The translations under genes and the position numbers were made by a program. 55,792 nucleotides of DNA from a virus (taxonomy: Duplodnaviria; Caudoviricetes): positions 1 to 55,792 of the IMG/VR virus record IMGVR_UViG_3300032288_001605; one strand, 5' to 3'. Of this stretch, positions 38,763 through 46,491 are shown in pieces. The notes below the pieces were generated by a model that worked only from the letters and a program-made list of their open reading frames with translations, did no database searches and was not told where the DNA came from. Within the stretch, counting starts at the first letter, position 1. Every line of letters starts with the position of its first letter.

Positions 38763-38852
38763 ACGACACTTCCGTATTTAATTGAATATAGAAGTGTTAT
38801 TGGTATCAAATTTAGTGCTAAATTTAGGGCGCTTCATGAACTGCCTATCGGG

Positions 38853-38887
38853 ATAGGACCCTCGAACGGGGAAGTCGAGGGTCCTAT
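38853..38887. repeat. 13-bp inverted repeat overlapping a TATACT -10 element
   Basis: ATAGGACCCTCGA-N9-TCGAGGGTCCTAT. Confidence 0.65.
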
Positions 38888-38896
38888 ACTTTCCCA

Positions 38897-39037
38897 ATGT
38901 CTAGCGGAAAAAGAAAAGTAAAACATCCATTTAATAAATCTATTATTCGTGATGGAATGATTGTGATTCTTCGTAAAGATGGAAGAGAGAAATCACGTTC
39001 ACCGATTGAAAAGAAAAAAGATAAGAATTCCAGATAG
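38897..39037 (+). CDS. Small basic protein, probably leaderless (not in ORF track)
   Basis: MSSGKRKVKHPFNKSIIRDGMIVILRKDGREK...; TATACT 6 nt upstream of ATG. Confidence 0.6.
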   Translation: MSSGKRKVKHPFNKSIIRDGMIVILRKDGREKSRSPIEKKKDKNSR

Positions 39038-39149
39038 CGTAGAATTACGTTATGTCCCTTACGCCAACCGTTAACACACAAACAAGAATTCAATGGTTTA
39101 ACGCGAGTTCGAGCGTGAGGGCGTTTTTCACAACACAGAATGGAAACGT

Positions 39150-39335
39150 ATGAAGACGATTAGACCGCTTACCTATCTGCACGTTAAGACTACAGCGGGT
39201 CGCATTCGCCATGCGCGAGTTGAATCTGTAACAACACAAGATGAGATTGAAGTTTCTATTGGCAAGGGAACACCATTCACAGCGGAAAGAGTTTCAAGCA
39301 CGGCAATTCGTGGCACTATCTTCCAACAGGCTTAA
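39150..39335 (+). CDS. Hypothetical protein
   Basis: ORF filling the gap. Confidence 0.45.
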   Translation: MKTIRPLTYLHVKTTAGRIRHARVESVTTQDEIEVSIGKGTPFTAERVSSTAIRGTIFQQA

Positions 39336-39336
39336 G

Positions 39337-39528
39337 TTGGAACTTCGCGAGCGTTGCGATAAGTGCGGAGCACAAGCAAAGATAGGTGCCGCATTCTTAA
39401 GTGGCGAATTATTCTTTTGCGGGCATCACGCTAAATCTTTATCGCCGCATCTATTCGCTCAAGCGATTACTATTTACGACCCAGAAAAATTAATGGAGGG
39501 CAACATTGAGGCAGACACATACCGCTGA
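39337..39528 (+). CDS. Small Zn-binding protein (RCD-x-CGAQA...LFFCGHH)
   Basis: Motif common in actinobacteria and their phages; TTG start inferred. Confidence 0.6.
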   Translation: MELRERCDKCGAQAKIGAAFLSGELFFCGHHAKSLSPHLFAQAITIYDPEKLMEGNIEADTYR

Positions 39529-39617
39529 TTGTCTTGTCGTATTGCCAGTTCCCAATCATTCTTATTATGAAACGCGGATTATCTGCGTGTGTGGATTAGA
39601 AAAAGAATTAAAGGAAT

Positions 39618-40172
39618 CTAAGCAATAACAATTTTGTAAGGCGGGGCAGTTTCAGCGTTATATTGGCTGGCAACATCTAAAGCCTTCAAAGCCCAAGCCC
39701 GCGCTTCTTTTTGAGTTAGCGAATCTCCGACCATGGTTGCAAGAGAGCCAAGGGCATACATGCCACCCGAACCGATTGCATAAATATTTCGGGCATCTTG
39801 TATCCATGAATAATCATCGCCGATTTCATAGATTCGACCGTTATAGGCAACGAGGAATTCGGATTCAGTGCTCGAAACTCCATCGGCGGTCTTCTCGTAT
39901 CCCGCTTCAGTAAATGCTTTACGCAGTGCAGGGATAAATAAATCAGTTATGAAATTCTCATCGGAGCGAACACTTACATCGCGCAATTTCAAACCGTTCT
40001 GGATGATATTGATTGCACGAACATCGCCCGCGCAAGCAATAGTCACCTCTTCCAGTTCGATAATCTTTGATTGATTCTTAGGTAACTGATAGATAGAACC
40101 CTCAGCGGTGACCCGAGAATCTGCCCCGAGAAGCGCCCAAGAGCGCCCCTGAATCCCCACGATTGTTGTCAT
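39618..40172 (-). CDS. Ntn-hydrolase, proteasome beta/HslV-like peptidase
   Basis: MTTI (N-terminal Thr), ADSR, KI, AG and AIGSGG-x-YALG motifs. Confidence 0.8.
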   Translation of the reverse strand: MTTIVGIQGRSWALLGADSRVTAEGSIYQLPKNQSKIIELEEVTIACAGDVRAINIIQNGLKLRDVSVRSDENFITDLFIPALRKAFTEAGYEKTADGVSSTESEFLVAYNGRIYEIGDDYSWIQDARNIYAIGSGGMYALGSLATMVGDSLTQKEARAWALKALDVASQYNAETAPPYKIVIA

Positions 40173-40188
40173 GGGGTAATCATAAGAG

Positions 40189-41124
40189 TCAGAGCAAAAC
40201 GCGCTCTGTAGGCAGAGCCATAAGCCCGAGTGCGGCGGCTTTCCATAGGCTGGGAGTTTCATCATCGGGTTGATATCCGCCTGACCCGCCCATAAGAATC
40301 GGGTGGTCTGGGAATTGCTTACGTATTGTCCGCATCGCTGACCAGTATCCAAGTTCGGTGTATTCCAAACTTGATAGCGGGTCTTTCTTGAGACCATCGG
40401 CTCCAGCGGCTACGAAAATCATCGTAGGTTGGAATTCGTTGCACAGTTCAAGAAACATATCGACAGCGGCAAACAAACCGTCATCGCCAGTTTTTGCGGC
40501 TACTGGATAGTTGTAAGCCCGATTCTTGTAATCAGATAAAAGACCAGTCCCCGGAAATATCCCATATTCGTGAACGCTGAATGTAAGAACATTTTTATTG
40601 CGTCGGGTTAAATCTTCCGTCCCGTCTCCATGGTGAGCATCTGCATCAAAGATTGCAATGCGTTGCTCATATTCGTTAGTTGCCTTCTTAGCGGCAATAG
40701 CGAAATCATTAAAGACACAGAATCCGCTTGAGTGGTCATAAGCGGCATGATGCTTGGCTCCTGCAAGATTGATTGCAAGTTTAGTTTTCATGTCTAGCAA
40801 AGTATCGAGTGCAGTGAGAGTTCCACCGACAAATAACTTTGCAAGGTCTCCAAGGTCATGACGCGGACCGACCCATTCATCTGATTCGCCACGTATCGTT
40901 ACGTCAAAGACATAATTCAATTCGTGAACCGAGTTTAGGTCTTCAGTTGAAGGAACCTGTGGCTCAATCTCCCAGACGTTTAAGCGACGCTCTTGAGCGG
41001 CAAGCATGATGTTGTTGCGACCCTTGAGAAACCTACGACCCTGCGTAGGGTGTCGTGAGTCGAATACCCAATTAGAATATTCGGGACTATGCACAAGAAT
41101 GGCATCTTCCATATTTCTAATCAT
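40189..41124 (-). CDS. Zn-dependent histone deacetylase / AcuC-family deacetylase
   Basis: HP, GAKHHA, GFCVFND, DADAHHGDGT, SVHE, FPGTG, GADG-x-x-x-DPL and GGSGGY. Confidence 0.92.
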   Translation of the reverse strand: MIRNMEDAILVHSPEYSNWVFDSRHPTQGRRFLKGRNNIMLAAQERRLNVWEIEPQVPSTEDLNSVHELNYVFDVTIRGESDEWVGPRHDLGDLAKLFVGGTLTALDTLLDMKTKLAINLAGAKHHAAYDHSSGFCVFNDFAIAAKKATNEYEQRIAIFDADAHHGDGTEDLTRRNKNVLTFSVHEYGIFPGTGLLSDYKNRAYNYPVAAKTGDDGLFAAVDMFLELCNEFQPTMIFVAAGADGLKKDPLSSLEYTELGYWSAMRTIRKQFPDHPILMGGSGGYQPDDETPSLWKAAALGLMALPTERVLL

Positions 41125-41176
41125 TCGTTTCCCCTTTCGATTATTAACCCCAGTTTATAGTAAATTTACTATAACC

Positions 41177-41368
41177 TCAAATCTCTATCCCAGCCTTCTT
41201 GAGTAACAATTCTTTTCTTGCACCCGCTTGTTTAATGCACTCCTCGGAGCAATAACCAATCGGGTCAGCGAATCGTTCATCATCAAAGTTCCACACCATA
41301 GTGTCAACACCCATATCTCTTTTGCCGTGACACCATGAGCAGATTATCTGCATTGGTTTTGTAGTCAT
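41177..41368 (-). CDS. Small Zn-finger protein
   Basis: CSWC...YCSEEC. Confidence 0.6.
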   Translation of the reverse strand: MTTKPMQIICSWCHGKRDMGVDTMVWNFDDERFADPIGYCSEECIKQAGARKELLLKKAGIEI

Positions 41369-41556
41369 TACTTATCTCCCTTTGTAATCAATCCAGCATC
41401 AATGAGCGCTTGTGCAGTTCGCCCATAGTGACCTTGTAAAGACCAAGCCAATCCAGTATCAACAAGATTTTGAAACAGTTGAACAATTTCATCGTGATTC
41501 AATTCGCCTGTCTCATAAGCGATAATTTGGCTCGATAGATTTAGTGCTTTAGTCAT
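41368..41556 (-). CDS. Small conserved phage protein (LFQ-x-LVDTGLAWSLQG-x-YGRTA)
   Basis: Motif; GGAGAGG RBS. Confidence 0.7.
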   Translation of the reverse strand: MTKALNLSSQIIAYETGELNHDEIVQLFQNLVDTGLAWSLQGHYGRTAQALIDAGLITKGDK

Positions 41557-41891
41557 TTCTTTACCGCCTCTCCGAATGGAACATTTACAAAGCAACTTGC
41601 CTTGTAAGCAACCTCGCCTACCTCTGTGAAGTAGACATCCTCTTGAACACCCTTGACCTTGACCTCGCCCTTTCGAACATATTCACGGCGCACTGTCCAT
41701 GTATCCATGAAGCCTAGAGTGATTGATACTCGATATCCCTTACCTACTGGCAGTTGAACCTCGACGGTCTCACCTTCATCATTGACGATGCTGTGAACAC
41801 GACCACCTGAGATTGCTAGAACATTCATATAACCGATTTGATTAACGAGTTCTTTTGTATCAAACGTTCTGCATTGGTATTCATTCTTCAT
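41553..41891 (-). CDS. Conserved early protein (VLAISGGR...DVY-x-x-EVGE)
   Basis: Own promoter and GAAAGGGGG RBS. Confidence 0.7.
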   Translation of the reverse strand: MKNEYQCRTFDTKELVNQIGYMNVLAISGGRVHSIVNDEGETVEVQLPVGKGYRVSITLGFMDTWTVRREYVRKGEVKVKGVQEDVYFTEVGEVAYKASCFVNVPFGEAVKK

Positions 41892-41915
41892 TACGTCCCC
41901 CTTTCGGACATTCTG

Positions 41916-41944
41916 ATTATATCAAACTATGGTTAGTAATTCAC
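41916..41944 (-). promoter_or_regulatory. Conserved cassette promoter
   Basis: GTGAAT-TACTAACCATAGTTTGA-TATAAT. Confidence 0.8.
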
Positions 41945-42289
41945 ACTTTCACGAACCTTGAACACAACATTCTCGCCGTACTTATTAGGCAAGTATTCGA
42001 TTTCAGCATCTTCGACCTCGACCCATCCGAAATCAGCGCAGACATAACCCTGTCCATCGATTTCGATTTCATCACCGATTGAGAGTGCGGTGTGAGTACG
42101 AGTTGGAGATAACTTTGGCTCAATGATTTCCCAGAGATTGCCTGAGTAAGTATTGGTTACGTGATAAATCACGTCACACAATAAGAGCGGATTTGTTAGC
42201 GTGAAATCTGTTTCGAATTCAACGCTTGAGATATATCGACCTGCATCTGGCTTATTACCAAATGCCTTCCATGTGATTTTTACTTTCAT
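41933..42289 (-). CDS. Hypothetical early protein (HTALSIGD motif, YodL-like)
   Basis: AAGGGGG RBS; motif. Confidence 0.6.
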   Translation of the reverse strand: MKVKITWKAFGNKPDAGRYISSVEFETDFTLTNPLLLCDVIYHVTNTYSGNLWEIIEPKLSPTRTHTALSIGDEIEIDGQGYVCADFGWVEVEDAEIEYLPNKYGENVVFKVRESVNY

Positions 42290-42298
42290 TTTTCCCCC

Positions 42299-42460
42299 TT
42301 AGTCATTCTCGCTGTGAAGTGAAAAGGCAGTTGCCCCAAGTTGATTTGCGTAAATGTCAATCCATTCTTGGTCGCCCTCTTTGATTGCTTGTTCAATCCA
42401 AACAAGTTGGCGACGGATATCTTTAAGAATCTCTCGTTGCGCTTTCTTTGTTACTTTCAT
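42299..42460 (-). CDS. Small early protein
   Basis: Own promoter and GGAAGGGG RBS. Confidence 0.65.
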   Translation of the reverse strand: MKVTKKAQREILKDIRRQLVWIEQAIKEGDQEWIDIYANQLGATAFSLHSEND

Positions 42461-42484
42461 GCTGTCCCCTTTCCTTACAGGTCC

Positions 42485-42513
42485 AGTATAACACAACGGG
42501 GGTTGGGAATCAA
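42485..42513 (-). promoter_or_regulatory. Conserved cassette promoter
   Basis: TTGATT-CCCAACCCCCGTTGTGT-TATACT. Confidence 0.75.
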
Positions 42514-42569
42514 AAGGTAACCAAAGGTGGCAACTTCAAAATGTCTTCCTACTGGGGTAGGATTCGCTC

Positions 42570-42800
42570 ATGAAAGTTTGGGTACAAGCATGGACAGCCA
42601 AGGTGCCAGCGGGCATTGAGATAGACCTTGAAGATTTACGTAAGGTTGAGGGTTTGAAAGATATTGAGCCACTTCTGCCAGTGATGGTCAAAGTGCAGGA
42701 TGAGTATAAATTCGTTAACACTCACCTCACCGATGCCCCTAAAGTCACCCTGACAGACCTAGAGGAGTTGAACGAGGTACTTGAGCCATGGAGGGATTAA
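42570..42800 (+). CDS. Hypothetical protein
   Basis: TAGGAT -10 shortly upstream, possibly leaderless. Confidence 0.5.
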   Translation: MKVWVQAWTAKVPAGIEIDLEDLRKVEGLKDIEPLLPVMVKVQDEYKFVNTHLTDAPKVTLTDLEELNEVLEPWRD

Positions 42801-42988
42801 TCTTCGTTCTAGGGGCATTCTTGGGCTGGCACGGGTCATATCTGTTCTGGCGCTTGAAGATACGAAGCGATGAATCCGAACGTGTCATGAGCCGAGTTCT
42901 CAATCTTGAATCAGCCCTGCGATGGGAAAAGGCTCGAGCGGACGCCTTCTTTGAAGATATCAAAAGACGCTATGAATCAAGAGGCTAA
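42788..42988 (+). CDS. Small membrane protein
   Basis: N-terminal TM helix plus coiled coil. Confidence 0.5.
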   Translation: MEGLIFVLGAFLGWHGSYLFWRLKIRSDESERVMSRVLNLESALRWEKARADAFFEDIKRRYESRG

Positions 42989-43166
42989 GTGCATCCACGT
43001 CTACCAAAGAATGGGGACGGATATCTGTCCAGTGTGCGCACAATGTACGCACGAAACTGATTTCGAATTTCAAGGACAGTTGCACCGAGAATGGATTGAA
43101 TCGGGAAAAGCCGATTGGAATGTATGCCCACAAGGGGGGACATTACGAGGCTGGTGGTCTATCTGA
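42972..43166 (+). CDS. Small Cys-rich protein
   Basis: CIHVY...CPVC-x-x-x-THETD. Confidence 0.55.
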   Translation: MNQEAKCIHVYQRMGTDICPVCAQCTHETDFEFQGQLHREWIESGKADWNVCPQGGTLRGWWSI

Positions 43167-43295
43167 CCAGAGAAGCGGCTTGAGCGCTCATCAAGAGCAA
43201 TAAACAGACAATTCCGACAATTAGTAAAAAACGCTCAATCACGACATACCTCCGAGTTTGGGTCACTCGGACACGAATCCCCTAATTGTAGATGG

Positions 43296-43324
43296 TTGAA
43301 TATCTAACCCATGTTTGATATCCT
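43296..43324 (+). promoter_or_regulatory. Conserved cassette promoter
   Basis: TTGAAT-ATCTAACCCATGTTTGA-TATCCT. Confidence 0.8.
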
Positions 43325-43344
43325 TTGTAATGAAAGGGGACAAC

Positions 43345-44148
43345 ATGACAGTGACAAAAGAGTTCGCGGTCAAGATTGATACGCAACTATCCGAGTTACA
43401 TCACAAGCATTGGTCCATTCTTAATGACCTAGAAAGTGCTAAAAATTCTCTGGAGTTCTATCAAAAGTATTACGCGGAAGACACAAATCGAATTGCGGAA
43501 TATCAAAAAAAGATTGAAACACTACGCAATCGTTTATTTGAAATCGGAAATCAAATTCTCGAGTTAGACGAGATTTATGACCAAGACCCATGGACAAGAG
43601 CATTTCTAGTAATCAATAGCAATGGTCACGTTCACAAGTCGAGAAATTGCTCAACATGTTTTCCGACAACTCGTTATCAATGGTTAGTTCAATATAGCAA
43701 TGACGATGAGGAAACAATTGTTGAAGATGCGGGCGAGGATGCTTGCACAATTTGTTATCCAAGCGCTCCAGCAGAAGTTTTGAATCGCCCTTCGCGAATC
43801 GTCACAGCGGACAAAATTGCTAAGGCTCAAGCAAAGGCAGAGCGTGATGCAAAGCGTGAAGCACGAATCGCTAAAGAGAAGGCGAACGCTCCTACAGCCA
43901 ACGGAGAGCCACTCAAGATTATCCGTTCGATTTACAACGACGGAAAGATTTCATACGAATGGCTCAAGACAGAGAGAAGCGCGGTAAGCCACTGGTTAAA
44001 TACAGAATCATGGGCAAAATATTCTCCACGCAAAGATTATGAGTTAGAGAATCAAAAATTGATACTCGCGAATCTTGCAGAGAAGAACGGCGTTTCACTT
44101 GAAGAGCAACTACGAATCCTGAATACTAAGTTGAAGAGGAGGGGATAA
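43345..44148 (+). CDS. Early protein with coiled coil and Zn-binding domain
   Basis: WTRAFLV...GHVH-x-x-x-x-CSTC...CTICYPSAP; GAAAGGGG RBS. Confidence 0.7.
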   Translation: MTVTKEFAVKIDTQLSELHHKHWSILNDLESAKNSLEFYQKYYAEDTNRIAEYQKKIETLRNRLFEIGNQILELDEIYDQDPWTRAFLVINSNGHVHKSRNCSTCFPTTRYQWLVQYSNDDEETIVEDAGEDACTICYPSAPAEVLNRPSRIVTADKIAKAQAKAERDAKREARIAKEKANAPTANGEPLKIIRSIYNDGKISYEWLKTERSAVSHWLNTESWAKYSPRKDYELENQKLILANLAEKNGVSLEEQLRILNTKLKRRG

Positions 44149-44805
44149 ATGACAGCCGAAATGAATGAAACTCTGAAGGAGTACGCAAAGATTATGAGTA
44201 GCACTGAGGAATTACATCCTGACCTAAAGCCATACTTTGAAGCCGATGGAGCGATGGGCTTTCCAATGCTCCGACATCCACTGGTTTACCAAGTTCCGTT
44301 TTGGTCAAATGGCATGGCGAATGAGCAATACAAAATCAAAAGTAATCAAATTGCTCAAGCGCTCAAAGATGAAGATTATGAAAAGTTTGTGTGGTTGCAT
44401 GAGCGCCCATACCGACTTGAAGCATTCATCGATATCCAATATTCGCTGAGTGATAACGGTTATTGGAAATTGCTCGGTCAGATATGGACCGATACAGAAA
44501 ACGGTTGGGCAAACATTAAACAATGGAGAGAATTGTTTAGTTCAGAAAGACCTAAGCGCGGATGGTTAATGGATTGGGATGAGCAACTCGCTTATGAATC
44601 TCTAGCCGATACCGTCACGGTCTATCGCGGATGCCAGTCGGGATTAAATGAAGATGGAATCTCATGGACACTCAAGCGAGATAAGGCTGAATGGTTCGCG
44701 ACACGATTTAGTGAAGATGGCATAGTGCTTGAAAAAGAAGTTTCAAAGCAAGACATTGTTGCCGTGTTCACTGGACGAAACGAATTTGAGGCGGTGATTT
44801 TATGA
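44149..44805 (+). CDS. Hypothetical protein, possible ADP-ribosyltransferase-like fold
   Basis: TVYRG...GISWTL...AEWFA-x-RF...EFEAVI (R-S-E-like order). Confidence 0.5.
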   Translation: MTAEMNETLKEYAKIMSSTEELHPDLKPYFEADGAMGFPMLRHPLVYQVPFWSNGMANEQYKIKSNQIAQALKDEDYEKFVWLHERPYRLEAFIDIQYSLSDNGYWKLLGQIWTDTENGWANIKQWRELFSSERPKRGWLMDWDEQLAYESLADTVTVYRGCQSGLNEDGISWTLKRDKAEWFATRFSEDGIVLEKEVSKQDIVAVFTGRNEFEAVIL

Positions 44806-44924
44806 AGTGCGAATTGTGTGGCACACAATTCCGTATCGTGACGGTCGGCAGAAAATTTATCTGCGTCGAATGCGAGAAGGATTATGCGGCTCGTCAGTTT
44901 GGAATAATTACCAACAAGGGTTAG
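44802..44924 (+). CDS. Small Zn-finger peptide (not in ORF track)
   Basis: MKCELCG...CVECE; ATGA coupling. Confidence 0.5.
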   Translation: MKCELCGTQFRIVTVGRKFICVECEKDYAARQFGIITNKG

Positions 44925-44948
44925 AATAAGAGATGAAAGGGAGGAAAT

Positions 44949-45104
44949 ATGAACTTAGACCAGTATCTTGCAAAACGAGGAATGCGATTGACCAAGAGGG
45001 GTCGCTCGCTCGTCGATAATCTCCAAGGCGTGGCAGTAGCGCTCCTAATTCTGCTCGTTTTCGGGATTGTAGGCTCCATAGAGTCGGGTAGGTGGTTTGG
45101 ATGA
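44949..45104 (+). CDS. Small membrane protein with RLTKRGR motif (not in ORF track)
   Basis: GAAAGGGAGG RBS; MNLDQYLAKRGMRLTKRGR followed by a TM helix. Confidence 0.65.
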   Translation: MNLDQYLAKRGMRLTKRGRSLVDNLQGVAVALLILLVFGIVGSIESGRWFG

Positions 45105-45208
45105 AGTCTTTATACCGAAAGATAGCCAAGAGGCTCCAGAGACGCTCTGAGGGCGTTTTAGGCTATATCTCCGAATCAGAGTTGCGCCGAATCCGTCGCC
45201 GATTCGAC

Positions 45209-45237
45209 TTGAATAACCAAGAGGAGTTTGATATACT
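45209..45237 (+). promoter_or_regulatory. Conserved cassette promoter
   Basis: TTGAAT-AACCAAGAGGAGTTTGA-TATACT. Confidence 0.8.
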
Positions 45238-45261
45238 GAAGGTGTCCGAAAGGGGGACAGA

Positions 45262-45675
45262 ATGACTCAAGTAATCGAGAAGACAAAGACTCTCGGAAAG
45301 CGTGAATGCGCTCGCATTTACAAAGAGGCTCATGAAGCGGGTCTTGCCGCTGGAGCGGCTTGTGTGCCAACTCCAATGCTAGTTGGGACACCGACCACGC
45401 CACTAGGCAACGATGTTGACTTCACAAAGAAAACCTACGTGGTTCCTACAGGAGTTTGTGGGTTTGCGTGGATAAACATTTCTCCAGCGCGAGGAGCGTT
45501 CGTTAACTATCTCAAGTCCATCAATGCGGGACACAAGGGATATTACGGAGGATACGAAGTATGGGTCAGAGGGTTTGGACAGTCTTACGAACAAAAGATT
45601 GCCTATGCTCACGCTTTCGCTGAAGTGTGCAAAATCTACGGAATCAATGCTTACGGAAGTGGGCGCCTAGACTAA
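45262..45675 (+). CDS. Conserved phage early protein (CGFAW...QS...K-x-AYA-x-AFA...RLD)
   Basis: Motif pattern; own promoter and RBS. Confidence 0.7.
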   Translation: MTQVIEKTKTLGKRECARIYKEAHEAGLAAGAACVPTPMLVGTPTTPLGNDVDFTKKTYVVPTGVCGFAWINISPARGAFVNYLKSINAGHKGYYGGYEVWVRGFGQSYEQKIAYAHAFAEVCKIYGINAYGSGRLD

Positions 45676-45685
45676 GTAATACAAT

Positions 45686-45869
45686 ATTCATCCGTCGATT
45701 GAAATATATCGGCGGATGAATCGCATATACGCACAGTTTCTTACCCTTTCGTGTGCGTGTGTGTGTGAGTGGGCGCTCCCCCCTTTCAGAAGCGCTCACA
45801 GTCGGTGGAGTTGATGCTCGTTGCGTTTTTGTCCTCTCTCTAACGCATCCTTGTAGCGCCTCCACCGAC
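45686..45869 (+). ncRNA. Candidate four-hairpin sRNA with anti-Shine-Dalgarno loops
   Basis: Four adjacent stems of 9-14 bp with G-U pairs favouring the + strand; loops GTTTCTTACCCTTTCG, CCCCCCTTTCAGA and TTTGTCCTCTCTCT. Confidence 0.6.
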
Positions 45870-45913
45870 ACCTAAATTTTCTTGACAGTTATTCATCTTG
45901 GTCTGCTACCTTT

Positions 45914-46022
45914 TATCTCAAGGTTCGCATGACACCTTATTCAAAAGCGATGTTGGTCCGATACTGACAACGTTGAGATATCAGAGCCACTGATAGTTAT
46001 TCGTTCGCTCCTATTAATGGAG
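45914..46022 (+). promoter_or_regulatory. Structured 5' leader of the transglycosylase gene
   Basis: TATCTCA/TGAGATA closing stem, two inner hairpins, TCGC/GCGA pseudoknot potential; TTGACA at 45882. Confidence 0.4.
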
Positions 46023-46026
46023 GACT

Positions 46027-46482
46027 ATGCGATTCTATGAAAAACTCTATAAACCTATTCCACTAGCAGTTCTGTTTCTCGGAGTAGTTATTTTCAATCC
46101 GTTGCATGTTCCACCTGATACTCCAGCGAATGCTGAGGTCGTAGTTGCAATCAAACCGCTTCCAGTGGAGCGGACACCTGAAGCGGCTAAGGAATATGCC
46201 CGTAAAGTTCTTTATGTCTATGGCTGGGATAACGCTACGCAGTGGCAATGTCTCTTGGACCTATGGACGAAAGAATCCAATTGGCGTCCGAATGCCTACA
46301 ATAAAACACCCGTATATCAAAATGGAGAGAAACTCCATGCTGGCGGTATTCCGCAGATTCTCGGATTAGACCCCGATAGTTCCGTGGAGTTTCAAGTCGC
46401 TCAAGGCTTGAAATATATCGATTACAGATATTCCAGCCCATGCCGCGCCATGTCTTTCTGGAAAGCAAATTTCTGGTACTAG
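46027..46482 (+). CDS. Secreted lytic transglycosylase (SLT-like) protein
   Basis: N-terminal TM; QWQCL-x-x-LW-x-KESNW-x-x-x-A-x-N...GIPQ...GLKYI-x-x-RY-x-SPC-x-A...WY. Confidence 0.8.
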   Translation: MRFYEKLYKPIPLAVLFLGVVIFNPLHVPPDTPANAEVVVAIKPLPVERTPEAAKEYARKVLYVYGWDNATQWQCLLDLWTKESNWRPNAYNKTPVYQNGEKLHAGGIPQILGLDPDSSVEFQVAQGLKYIDYRYSSPCRAMSFWKANFWY

Positions 46483-46491
46483 GCTAATGGT

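Noticed and set aside
40173-40397. N-terminal extension of the Ntn-hydrolase ORF
   Set aside because: Overlaps the HDAC 3' end; MTTI at 40172 gives the canonical N-terminal Thr and has a -10 element just upstream
45751-45768. (GT)n microsatellite
   Set aside because: It is the 3' strand of a 14-bp stem pairing with CGCATATACGCACA
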